From: Cirrosporium novae-zelandiae | Taxonomy: Eukaryota | Assembly: GCA_026023565.1 (NCBI GenBank) | Contig: JAPETS010000019.1 | Coordinates: 248,001 to 312,000 of the forward strand | Length of the DNA: 64,000 bases | Direction of reading: 5' to 3' | Part shown: positions 13,965-26,523 of the stretch, piece after piece | Numbering within the stretch: position 1 is the stretch's first letter | How the letters are laid out: each line of letters starts with the position of its first letter | The notes under the pieces: model-generated | What the model saw: only the letters and a program-made list of their open reading frames with translations | Database searches by the model: none | Told to the model about the DNA's origin: nothing | Position numbers and translations under genes: made by a program

Positions 13965-16900
13965 ATGCCACCCAAAAGATCAAAGGGGAAAGAGCCCATG
14001 GGTCATGGCCCCGTGGAAGATACTCCCATGGAGGATGTGTCACTTCAAACCTCTACTAATGATGATCTGGCCCTTGAAGCTCGACCACGTAAAAAGGCTA
14101 AGGCAACTAAAAACAAGGGCATAACAACAAAAGAAGGCTCTCCAAACGAGGATGAAACAGAGACCAAAGCCGACCAGGAACCTGAACTGCCAGCTGACTT
14201 TGGCGGTACTTTGGATCCTTACATGGGTAAGATACAATTTCCCATTCTCCTTGTAATGATACTGTGATCACTAACCCGCTTTTAGCGTTCAACCTCCAAA
14301 CAATCCCAGTTCCAGAAGGTGGTTGGGATGACCTGATTACTATCTTGGAGAATGACCAAACTCATGACGGTGATGAAGAAGGACAAGGTAAGCATTTTCT
14401 AAACCTCAGTATCTATGGGAACTAATTCATAGCTGTAAAGCACTGCCCACTATCCGAGAGATTTTACCAACAAATGTGAGCGGACCGGGTCGGGCAACCG
14501 GTGTCAACCGACCAGCAATCGACCGGAACTTGCCCCCTTTGAGTGATATCTCTCTCATCTTCCGTGATTTGGTCTCAAACGCAACCACAAAAGGATTAGA
14601 AGTTGCCCTTAAGGACCTCGCTAAGGCCGAATGCATACTAAGAGTGGCAACGTTATGTTCCGGAACAGAGGCTCCAATCCTCGCTTTGCAGCTGATCCAA
14701 GAAGGTAGATATCAACTTATAGTTTCTTGATCCCGAGTTTGCTTACCTTTTTTATAGCTTTTACTGTGACCAATCCTGCTATCACATTTGAGTTCGAGCA
14801 TCTTTTTAGTGCGGAGATTGAACCCTTCAAGCAAGCATACATCGAAAGGAACTTTAGACCACCAATATTATTCAGAGATATTGTGGAACTGGCTCGTACA
14901 AAATCTGGGTATGTATGAACTCACGAGCCAGAATTTTCGACTAATTTTGCTGCAGCCTAACTGCATATGGATCGGTCCGGGACATTCCCAAAGGCATAGA
15001 CATTCTCATTGCAGGATCATCATGCGTAGATTATTCCAGTTTGAACGTTTCCAAGCCTACTCAGAATGGAGAATCGGAGAATACATTCAAAGCTGTCATT
15101 AGCCTAGCCGCTATTGCACACCCTACGATAGTCATCTTGGAGAACGTCGATGGTGCTCCCTGGGCTAACAACAAGGCTCGCTGGGAACGAGCAGGGTATC
15201 GCGCAGAATTCTGCAAGGTAGATACAAAGGACTTCTACCTACCACAGACGAGGCAACGCGGATACATGATATGTATCAGAAATGATCTTCAAGGAGCACA
15301 GACTGCCGTTGAGCAGTTTCGTGCTGTGGTAAAGAGTTTGCAACGGAGAGCTAGCTGCCCCGCGGAAGACTTTATGCTTCCCGATACTGACCCCAAAGTC
15401 ATACAGGCTACAGAGGAGATCTTAAGAACTGGGCAAAATCAGCTTGGACGCAAAGTCGAGTGGATAAAGTGTAAAGGTGAGTATCGAACCTTTCGCGAAG
15501 ATTTACAGCTCGGTCGCCAACGGCCCTACACCAACTGGCGGGAGTCTGCATCGAACAATCTCCCCGACCATGCGTGCAAAGACTGGGGGAAGTTCCAAGT
15601 GGAGCGCGTTCTTGACTCCCTGGATGTGGCCTATCTCCTAAGCGTTAAGCGGGGTTTTGACTTTTCTTATAAGTCGTAAGTATTTCCGTGTCATTTCCTT
15701 TACTTAGGCTAATATCTTTAGGCGTGTTCTCGAGCTATCGCAGTCAATTAACCGAACTCAAGACAATAACCCCTTCGGAATTTGTCCCTGCATAACCCCA
15801 ACTGGAATCCCCTTTTTAACTTCGCAAGGTCGCCAGATGGTCGGACTAGAATCTCTAGCCCTCCAAGGTATACCTATCGACAAGCTCCTTCTAACACGGG
15901 AGAGCCAGAAGAATTTACAGGACTTAGCTGGAAATGCTATGACTACAACGGTAGTGGGTGCCGTCCTAATCTCGGCTCTAATTCTTGCGTACAACTGCGT
16001 TATTGAAAATAGAACCTCGGACCAATTTGCAGATGTTAAGGCCTCAGAAGGCAAAGCAATAGCGAGTAACGATTATGAGTTCGTGACCCAAAGATACGAA
16101 GGAAGCGCCCTTGTTTTTAAGCCTAAATCCAACGACACACGTGATTTGTTCGCCGGAGCAAAGGCTACTGGATGCCATTGCCATTGTGAAAAGGGTTTAG
16201 TCGTTATCCCACGAAAGATCTTGACATGTCAAAAATGTGGACATACAGCTTGCACAAAATGTGCAGGAAATCCTCGACACGTTTACGGTCCTCCGCTCAG
16301 CCGACCACACGCTAATCCCGTATTGTTTGAATCTCTCCTCTTAGCGGCTTTACCAAAACGCTGTAAATTTGGCAAATTCCCACACCTCTCGGACTTTGAT
16401 AATGGCGAACTGCTAGGAGACAGGGTAAGACGTGCTTTAAACGGTGAATTCCGCTTTCAGTCCATTAGGCGCTCTGAAGTTTGGACAGCTATATATGAAA
16501 GCCAATACGGCCACTTGGAGGCGACCTTATCTTCATCTCAAATAGTTTGGCGTATATACGCCAAACCCTCCGCTAATGATTTGAGGTCAATTCAACAAGA
16601 GCTAGTTCCGCACTTTGGGGAAATGGTCATCAAGCACCCCACCTACGGGCTGACTGACGGGTTGTGGAAATTCCGTTCCCTGAGGGAACGGACTGTTCCC
16701 GTTAGGATTTCCGGGGTGGGTATCCCAGTTCCCTCCTTCGAACAGACCGTCGGGCTCCAGGGCGAGGAGTTTACTAGCAAAAAAGTATTTCCAATCCTTC
16801 GAGTAGAAACCCCGGGAAATGCGGGTTTCGACAGCGATATCAACGGAGAGTATACTCTTCTTCAAGATTGTGGGACATCTCTCGGGTGCTTGCACCAGAG

Positions 16901-19900
16901 GGATGGGAGCTCCCCTGGTGAGGGGGTTTATCTGTTCCTAGACCCTGGTTCAATCCAGGACCAAGCTGAGGACTGTTTTGTGTTCGCACAACACAAAAAT
17001 TGGCTGGGTCTAGGGCAGAGAAGGCCCCTGATAGCTAGGCTGCCATCCTTCTGGAGGCCAGGCATGACCCAGGGTAATGTGAAACTTCAGTGTGTCGCAG
17101 TGCAGCCATGGATCTCGTCCCCAAACACGGAACTGGTTACTTCAGAAGAGGACGGATGCGTAGCTCTGCATCCAGTCCCAGGCCGGATCTCCGTAAACTA
17201 CGGGAGCTGTCGCAAAAGATACATCTCTATGCTCGATGTCACCGTTGCTCTTGAATCGAATAAGGACGAATGCTATACATGGGCCCAGGGGGACTGGCAG
17301 TATGCAAATGTTAATTCTGAAGCCAAGGTACTCCAGGACTTTGCATGGCTTATCAACAGCGTACAAGGACTGAAAAATTATGATGAGATCCTTACAGAGC
17401 CTATGAGTGTTGATGTGTGCCTTGCTTGTTATCCCCAAAAACCAAATATAAAATGGAAGTGGACAGAAAAAGGCCATCGGTGTATGCCAGTGGCATATGA
17501 AGATTTCAGAGAAGCCGGGTATTTTGAAGCTTCGCTCAAGTCGCGACCACGACCCTTTATGGTCAGGTATCGCATTGATGATGCTGATTATGGCCACCTC
17601 GAAATTGGTTTGAACGTTACGACACTCCTTCACAGGGCTGTTTCAACATGGGTGGAAGGAAAAGGTGAACTCGGGCTTGGGACCGAGTTGGAACCGGAGT
17701 TGTCATGGAGTCTCACAACCGATTATGCCCCGCTGTTAAGTGAAAGATATACTTTCACTATTCCCAATAACGACCATGATACCTTAGCATCCCAACCCCT
17801 ACATTTCAAAAAAGCTTTATTTGATAACCAGCGGCGATCCTTATCTTGGATGCTGCGAATGGATGTTTCCGGGTGCAATTTCACTGAAGAGGAAGTGGAA
17901 GAGGCATGTCTAGCAGGCACTAAGTGGCGTGCAGAAGGTGTTGCAAAACATACAACCAGCTTTCGTGGCGGAGTCCTGGCAGATAAAGTGGGATTCGGCA
18001 AAACAATCACGACATTAGCACTCATCTCCTCGACATTAGAAGATGATAAACGTCATGCTCAACAGTCCAGAGACGAGGATAAGATGGCGGACGCCTTTGA
18101 TAGTGTTGACAAAGACGCGGGCCTAATACGCACTCACGCAACTTTAATCCTTGTTCCCAAGACAATTATTTCCCAATGGCGCTCCGAGATAACCGAATGC
18201 CTTGGCACCAATTGCCGCGTTGTGCTACTGAGAGATATCAATGATCTGAAGCGGACAAGGATCAGAGACATCGAGCAAGCTGATATTGTACTTGTTTCTG
18301 TTAAGCTTCTCGAGGGCAGCTATCTTAAGCGACTCGCGAGCCTTGCAGGCCTATGGGAACCCCCAACTTCTACGGGCCGAGCTTTTGGGGCTTGGTATAC
18401 CCAGGCTGTCCAACGCCTCCTTAACCACCTGGATATCCTCAAAACGCAGGGACCACAGGCATTGGATAATTTTCTTGAACAACAACGCTCAAATGATATT
18501 GCAAGCAACACCCTAGTCAATTTAGTTCCAGAACCGTCCAGGAGAAAGAAAGGAAAGAAAAGAGGCGCTTCTGATGAAAAAGAGATAAAGGATATAAATG
18601 ATAAATCAGAACAACCCTCTAACAAAAAGACGTTTCTTGAAAGATTCAAAGAGGAGCTCAAGCTATCTGATGAATTTTTCGAAAAGCCAGTTGGAAAGGG
18701 CTTTACTCTCACCGGAACAGACTACCGCGATATCACTTCACCTTTATTGGAGTTTTTTGATTTCAGACGACTCGTAGTTGATGAATTCTCATACCTTGAA
18801 AAAACTTTACAGACGTGCGTTCCTAAGATGAATGCCCGTTCTCGGTGGATCCTATCAGGAACACCCCCACTTGATAGCTTCATGTCTATCAAGTCTTTTG
18901 CAAGCTTGCTTGATATTAACCTTGGGGTTGATGAAGTTCAAGATACAGCCACTAACCCCGAGTTATTCCAATCGTATGCAGCCATTCATTCCCCATATTG
19001 GCACAAGAGACGTGATGCAGTTGCTCAACGATTCCTTAACTCCTTTACACGTGCCAACCAGCCTGCGGCGAACATCAAATCGTCCGAAGAGTTTCGATGC
19101 GTCGTTTTACCCGGCGGTGAAATGTCCTTGTACTTGGAGCTGCAAAATACTATCGTTGCTCAAGATATGCGACTAAAAATGCCAAGACAAAGACACGCGG
19201 CAGGAGATCGTTCTCAACAAGCTTTGCTTAGATCTAAGATCAACGAGACTCCAGAAGGGGTTCTACTAGGCTCCACTTCGTTTTTCGACAGCGAAGGGTA
19301 CACTCGCAGGGCGAAAGAGGCTAATCTGGAGACCGATGGGTGGAATCCAGCTGCTATGGCTGGACAAATGTTTACCTTACGTCTCCATGAGCTGCAAACA
19401 ACGTTTATAGCAATAGTTAAAGAATTTCGTCAAGCACTCGACCTTGAAATACAGGTGAACACTTGGATTGATCAGCATGGGTCGGCGCCCGACGAAACTT
19501 ATTTGAGAGCAATGGGAAGATGGGCCGCCTTGATAAAAGAGTTTCACAACAATGAGTACGGCGATATGGATGTCTCGAAAGTTCTTCGCTCAACCTTTGA
19601 AAGGCTTAAGGAAGAACCTCGTGGCATATCGGTAGTACCTGATGATAGCGCTGCCAAAAGTTTACGCGAAGCTTGTAGCCAGATTCGAGGCCTAGCGACC
19701 AAATTAGTTGAGCAAAAACGAGCAGTCAGGTTTTCGAAAACAGTACAAGCCACGATAAAGTCAACAAATGCTAATGTGGAGAAAGAACCGTTGAAATGTT
19801 CTCACTGCAAAGATTACATCAATTGGAATGGTGGATTCCACATTTCGACATTCTGCGGGCATTCGTATCATAAGACATGCTTGGAACAGGCTGGCAAGAA

Positions 19901-20616
19901 TGAAGGATGCTCTGCCTTTGGATGTTTAGCAACTATGGATGTTGGTAGTGCGCCAAGCTCCGACCTTTTCAGACCAGTTGTACAGGATAGCCCTATTTCT
20001 AGCGTATATGGTGAGAAGATGAGACGAATTCTTCATCTCATCTTCCTCGAAATTAACAACCATGAAAAGGTTATAATATTTTGTCAGTTCAGCACCATGA
20101 TTAAGATGGTTACGGAGGCGATCAGAAAATTCAATATAAACTGCGAGAACTGTCTTGAGGGAGCATTAGCTGCCGACAAAGTCATAACGAAGTTCAAGAC
20201 CAATAGCTCCCTAAGGATTCTTATTTTGGACCCTACTAACTCAACAGCCGCCGGGGCGTAAGTATATTCGTCTACCCTCTAAGTAAAATTATCACTAATC
20301 GCTCTCATATAGAAACTTAACCATGGCAAATCACGTTATCTTCCTATTTCCCCTGTCTGGTCTCCAAAGACCCGAATATATGGCGAAAATGGAGCAGGCT
20401 ATTGGAAGAGCGAAAAGGTATGGGCAAAAGAAGAATGTGTATATCTACCACTTCCTGGCTCTTCGGACAATTGATGTGAACGTGATTGAGGAGAAACGAG
20501 AACAGATACTGGTCAAGCGGTCCAACACATATACCATGGTACCTAAGGAGCAGGTCCAGGCTGGCGAGGGGCATCTTGGAAGCGGCGCTCTTAGTGAGCA
20601 GTATGGCAATACTTAG
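13965..20616 (+). CDS. DNMT5: DNMT5-family C5 cytosine DNA methyltransferase fused to a SNF2 ATPase with inserted RING-like finger; ~7 exons
   Basis: MTase motifs LRVATLCSGTEAP (I), AEIEPFKQAYIERNF, AGSSCVDYS (IV), ILENV (VI), PQTRQRGY (VIII), QDLAGNAM (X). SNF2 motifs GGVLADKVGFGKT, LVVDEF, WILSGTP, IIFCQF, GANLT, EQAIGRAKRYGQ. RING-like CSHC..CGHSYHKTC..C. Introns at ~14227, 14388, 14705, 14909, 15676 and 20258 join the ORFs in frame. The 5' exons are less certain (one AAG acceptor at 14440 is needed). Confidence 0.9.
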
Positions 20617-21435
20617 GGTTTGGAGTGAAGGTTGTCTTGGAGAAGATTGAGGTGAAAGTTTTCTACTATGATCCATTCTCTAGCATCCATGATTATGTTT
20701 CCTTTGTTATGTTTTCCCTAGGACCACACTACTGCGTCCATACAGCCGACAATAATGTACACTATGACCTTCCGGCAGCTTTAGAAAAATCAGATACCCC
20801 CCGAAAAATGTTAAGTTCTTTCGAGATATTAAGAGTTAGATACACGGTTATTCCTTAGTGCCTGGATTCATTACTAGTCGACAAATGGGTTTTTGGTTGT
20901 AGACTATTTAGCATATAGTTTTGGTTGAAGATTCGATTGCTACTGGATGAAAATATAGCCTACTTGTGGTCGGTTCAATGGCCAAGAAAGATGATGATGG
21001 AGTAGCCATCAATATCATCCATGGTAGGGATAGTATATGCAGATAGAGCCCTCCAGGAGGAATACGGCTCTGAATCTGCTCCCAAGGAGTTGAATATACC
21101 ATAACTCGGAGCCCCCGGTGAACCTGCCTTAGGTTCACGGCATTGATGTGGACGATAAATATCTCAAAGCTCTTTGTTGATTAAGATATTTAGTTTCTCA
21201 TTATCTCATTAGTGTATCAGATCAATCTTGAAGGGTAGTCTTCTACGACTTTATCAGGCTTGATCCTCGAGTCGATAGAGGTAAATTTGGATGCTCTCCA
21301 GAAATCTTTTTGTGTATTCTGCAATATCAAGCATGCCAAATATTATTTGTTTGAGACGAAGATAAATAAAACGCATCGATAATTCCACTTCATCCAGTCT
21401 TTTATCACAGCTTACTACTACCTTTCATCATCAGC

Positions 21436-22613
21436 ATGCTATCACGAAAGCGTCGATGCTTTTCAGTATCGCAATCGCCACCTCTTAGAAGGGAATTGAA
21501 ATCAAGTAGAGTTCAGGATGAATTATTACGTGACAAAGACGAACCTCCCTTGGCATTAAGAAATACTAGGAAACCTAGTCCCAACCTAGTTGCTGGATCT
21601 CGACGTCGCAAAGCTACAAAAATTTCCAAGCCTTCTGTTTCACCGCCTCAAGATCGCAAGCTGAGCCGAGCAGAACGAGAAATTCTTCCTTATAATAATG
21701 AACCATTGTTTTCATCCGAGGGAGATGTTTCCTTCTTTCCAAAGAAAAGGCGGCAATCAACTAATTCCCGACACAATGCGATTGCTACAGTTACGCCTAT
21801 CTCCAAGGCTCGCAAGCTTACAAAAGAAGAGAGAGAACTTCTACCTTATAACAAGGAGCCTCTATCTATACAAAAAGAAACCACCCCACCAGTCATCAAG
21901 CAAGGTGAAAGAATGACACGTAACCAGCGACAGCTAGTGCGGGGAGGGACCGAGCCGCAAAGACCCAATTACAACCTGAAACAGATATATGGGAAGGAGT
22001 ACAAGCTGGCACTGAGGGAGTGCCAGAGAGGAAGAAAAGTCTCGGTTAGATATCCCATTTATCTGAAAACCAATCCACATCTCCAAGTGCAGTTCTGGAT
22101 GGGTTTCAGGTTTTACTGACTATCATATCTGAATAGACTGGAGACTGGACAAGCCAAAACCAAGGCATTCAACGCACACGCTCATCAACCATTGACACAG
22201 CTGGAGATTAGAACGAAAGCGAAAGCGAGAGGTCTATCAGGGTGGCTTCAAGTGAAATTGGCAGCTATATCAAGTCAAATTGTCTTTTGCCTGATACGAA
22301 AGATGAGCTAAATCAAGCTACGGAATATGCTATCAATGAATTTGAGCATGCTAGGGCCAACGGATTGCTTCAAGAAAGTCATGTAGCAGCTCAGATTCCA
22401 AAAAAGAGGTTTGAACGGAGGGCCTCCCGAACACTAAGCTCGAACTCGGATCGGCTCAAGTTCTATGCTCGACGCTCTCGAGCTAAAGCGGTAGGTGGCG
22501 TCCCTAAGACCTCTACATATAGTAGGATGATGCCAACACCAGATACAATGATGGAGTATGACACGATTGTGAGGTCCATTGAAGATGATGATTCTAGTTG
22601 GGAGTATGAATGA
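21436..22613 (+). CDS. Basic, low-complexity hypothetical protein, possibly interrupted by a stop
   Basis: 227-aa ORF with an internal duplication. A putative intron 22045-22136 enters the frame of the 22242-22613 ORF, but there is an in-frame TAG at 22209-22211. Confidence 0.45.
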
Positions 22614-23370
22614 TGCTATGTTTTGCAGAGAGCAATGCTAAGGACTGCTGTGTTAAGTACAGTACGGTGGGGTGTTTTGTTCCTGAGACGATTGGCAAAG
22701 GGAAATCAACAAGCCTAGATGCTTTGTACAACATAGGATGAAAAGAGCTAAGGATAATTAGAGTAAAAGTAGATGCGGCCAAATGGAAGTCAAGTAGTCT
22801 ACAGTAATTAGTGTATTCGATTATGGTTACAAGGGGAAATTAGGGTTTACCCCCGCCTTTGCTGAGTCAGTTAGACCGGAATTAAGGGAGTTTGTTTCGG
22901 GTCCCTCACTTTCTCGCCCCTCGCTTTGCCTCGCCTCTCCTCGCCCCTCCTCCCCCCCGTTCGTTCTTCCTCCAAAGGTTGTTCGGTTTGTTGAACATTC
23001 GGCTTGACATGAAATTCGTTTGGTCGTCTGTTTCATTAGACCAACTTTACTTAATTTTCTAATAAGTTATTAATTAACTATCTGAAATCTTCATGTCTTT
23101 ATCCCTGGAAAAAGTGCCGGAAAATTGCAAGCCTTTCCAGTCAGTTCTGACTCGGACTAGAAAAGCACTCAGCCTGTTTAACTCAAAGGTCCCACCTACC
23201 GCCCGCAGTCTTACAATCGCCCATTCCCCAACGTCATTGCGTGCGCCATCTCTCGTTTGACCCCCCAATTAACCTCAATTGTCCATTCCGTATATCTAGT
23301 CGATCGCCTTTGAGACCTTTACGATTTTCCCACAACTACTCCCTCATCGCTATCCAAACCCTTCACCAAA

Positions 23371-24508
23371 ATGTCATCACAACCTATTGTTCTCGAACAT
23401 GATACTCCAAGTCAACCTCAGTCTCCCTCATCGTCATCGAGCGATTATGCAACCAATGACTCCTCCACTCCCTCATTGTCACCTCCTGAAGGTTACACAT
23501 TTCCGACACACAAACTGAAGCCATACCTCGAGGACTCTACGAAAGAACCGCTGGTGCTGGTGGCCTGTGGTTCTTTCAGTCCCATAACCTTCTTGCATTT
23601 ACGCATGTTCGAGATCGCTAGAGATTTTGTGCGGCTCAATGCAAATTACGAAATCATAGGTGGATATTTATCTCCGGTGTCGGACGCTTATAAAAAATCT
23701 AGTCTTGTGGGTGCCCATCATAGGATTAAGATGTGCGAGGCTGCCGTTTCTTCGGCCAGTGATGCTATAATGACAGATTCATGGGAAGCCTCACAGAAAG
23801 AATATCAACCCACAGCACAGGGTATCCTTCCCTGAAATTTCTATATTTGGTCACTTGCTGATGAGCATTCACCTGAATAGTCCTCGATCATTTCGATCAT
23901 GAAATCAATGAAGTTCGTGGGGGTATTGAAACCTACTGCGGGGAGCGCAGGTTCGTCCAACCCACAATCCAAGCTCGCTACCAAAGTCGCTAACATTATC
24001 CTAGACATGTCCGTATTGCTCTCCTGGCTGGTGCAGATCTAATGCAAACCATGTCAACGCCTGGGGTTTGGTCCGACAAGGATCTTGACCATATTCTTGG
24101 AAAATATGGATTGGTAGGTCATATCAACTAAGATGGCAGCGTAACTAGAATACTAATAAACATTGTAGTTTATTGTTGAACGAGCCGGGACTGATACCGA
24201 TGAGGCTCTAGCCTCCCTTCGGCAATGGGAAGACAACATTTATGTGATGCCACAGCTAGTCCATAATGATATCTCTTCAACCAAGATCAGGTTATTTCTC
24301 AAGAGAGAAATGAGCGTTAGATATCTAATACCGTCCGAAGTTATCGACTGTGGGTCCCCTCACCCCCCCTCCTAAAATTTTGAGGCTAATTCAACTAGAT
24401 ATCGAAGCTCATGGCCTGTATCAAGATGATGGTACTGGCAGTGTCCATGAGGGTAAGGGGAAAGAAGAGGTGCAAACTTCCAGTGGAAGCCACAGCTCTG
24501 AAGTATAA
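23371..24508 (+). CDS. NMA1: Nicotinamide/nicotinate mononucleotide adenylyltransferase; ~5 exons
   Basis: ACGSFSPITFLHLRMFE, SPVSDAYKK, VLDHFDHEIN, LLAGADL, NDISSTKIRLF; the last exon reads IEAHGLY...SSEV* with TAA at 24506-24508. Confidence 0.93.
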
Positions 24509-25698
24509 TTTTGATGTCTAGGTATCGATATATGATGCCATCCAGACTCAGCGGCCGCAAGCATTTTATATAGCTTGCGTAGTATACCCGGGCCGTTCCC
24601 AAAACAGAGAACGTTTTTGTTTATTCTTCGCCCAGTTAATCATGACCTGGCGCGATTATTTGATATCGAAATTTCAACAACAGAAAAGAAGAGGAGGCCA
24701 GTGGGAGTGGATGCTTAGGATGTTGAACATGGAGCCTGTCCACCCACACATACTTATCCATATACGTTTGATGCGGAGAAATGAAAGCGGCCAGACCAAA
24801 GCAAGCAGTATACACTTTGAGGAAGCCTTCAAATGGATTTTTAATTAAAATTAAAATCTGATTTTGTTTGGAGACTCCAAGGTCAATTTTTGGTCGCTTT
24901 TATTTTCTACCTATCGACCTACTCTGACTTGAGATGATTTTACTTGACACAACTTCCTCCAGGTTCCTGTCTTTACGTACACACATTAGATATCAGAAGC
25001 AAACTTTATTGCTTCAAGGAAGGGCTGTGGTATTGTTTCACGCAACGGCGCGGCCCCGAAGGAAATGTCACGATATACTGTATAGAATCTGTTACTAGAT
25101 ATGAAAGATGCAATGAAATTTCGACGATTACTGGATTTGATCACGTAGAATAGGAGATGGTGACTGACGATGAAATAAGCATTTTACCTTCGGGTTGTAA
25201 AATGCTGACCCAGGAATATTATTACTTGATGTAAGTGTTGGGTGAGATTTTAGTTCCGCAGCAGCAGCGATATCTTTTATAACAAGGCTCGATACTTATA
25301 TATAATTTTGTCACCATCCTCATAAATTATTTGAGGCTATAATACATGCATTTGAATTATATTTGTTGTTTTGGTTGATCTGGTATCAGATATCCAAATG
25401 GCCGGAGCAATGAACATTCCGACTTTAATAGAACCTGTTCGGATATTATTGATGTTCATCCGTGAACCTTATCGATTGATCTCCATATGTTCGGATCATA
25501 AGATATTATAGTTTCATTTACGTGTACCCACTTCACTATCACAATATAATAACACGCTGTGTGCAGACATCTCTTTGTTCTACTTCTAGATCCTGGCTTT
25601 CCCAAAATCAACTGTTAAAATCTACCTTTCTTTAACCGACCAAGGGCTGCCGTGAGCTGATAACCCAAAAGAATTATTCCATCAATCACACAACCAAC

Positions 25699-26523
25699 AT
25701 GTCACTTCCTTCCGTGCCTCCCTTCGTGGGAGCCATGGTTGGCAGCACCGGTCTTGTCGTACGTCTTCACAAATCCTCCAGTTGCGTCCACACTAACCAA
25801 AACCCCCACACGTAGGGCTCCTTCATGACCAGTACCCTCCTATCCCTCCCTCAGCTAACCCGCCTCCACGCCTTCGCCCGCCACTCCAATCACCTCCCCC
25901 AATCCTCCAAACTCTCTTCTATTTCCTCCGAGGACTCCTTCACCTGGCCCTCCCAATTTCCCTCCCTCTCACCCTCTCCCCAAATCTTCTTCTCCGCCCT
26001 CGGCACAACCCGTGCCCGGGTTGGCAGCCTCGAAAACCAGCGCAAAATCGACTATGGCCTTAACCTCGATATGGCCAAAGCCGCCAAAGAGGCTGGCGTC
26101 GTTGTTTACGTCTTGATTTCAAGTGGGGGTGCCAGCCCAGGTAATCGGTTTCCGTATCTGAAGATGAAGGGGGAGCTCGAGGAAAGCGTTAAGGAATTGG
26201 GATTTGAGCATACCGTTATTGTGAGGCCAGGCATGCTGCTCGGGGAGCGCAGGAAGGGCGAGGAGAGAGCTCTAGAGGGGCTTATTAAGACCGTCATGTG
26301 GGGTATTGGAAAACTACCGCTTGTAGGTGGGAAGTGCTTGGATACCTTGGGACAGGATGGTGAAGCTGTGGGGAGGGCAGCTGTCAGGGTTGGGGTGGAG
26401 GCCTTGAAGGATGGGACCAAAGGTGTTAGGTATGTGGAAGGAGCCGAGCTTTTGAAACTGGGGAGGGATGGGTGGGCAGAGTGGGTGAGAGGGTTAGGGG
26501 CCCAGGGAGAAGCGTCGAGTTAG
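25699..26523 (+). CDS. FMP52: Fmp52/HTATIP2-like NAD(P)-binding Rossmann protein; 2 exons
   Basis: GSTGLVG spans intron 25759-25815; FFSALGTTRA, IDYGLNL, YLKMKGELE, RPGMLLGER. Confidence 0.85.

Noticed and set aside
16602..19753. Antisense and alternative-frame ORFs inside DNMT5 (likewise inside RMT2, PHB2 and HET)
   Set aside because: Shadow ORFs of long coding sequences with no independent motifs.
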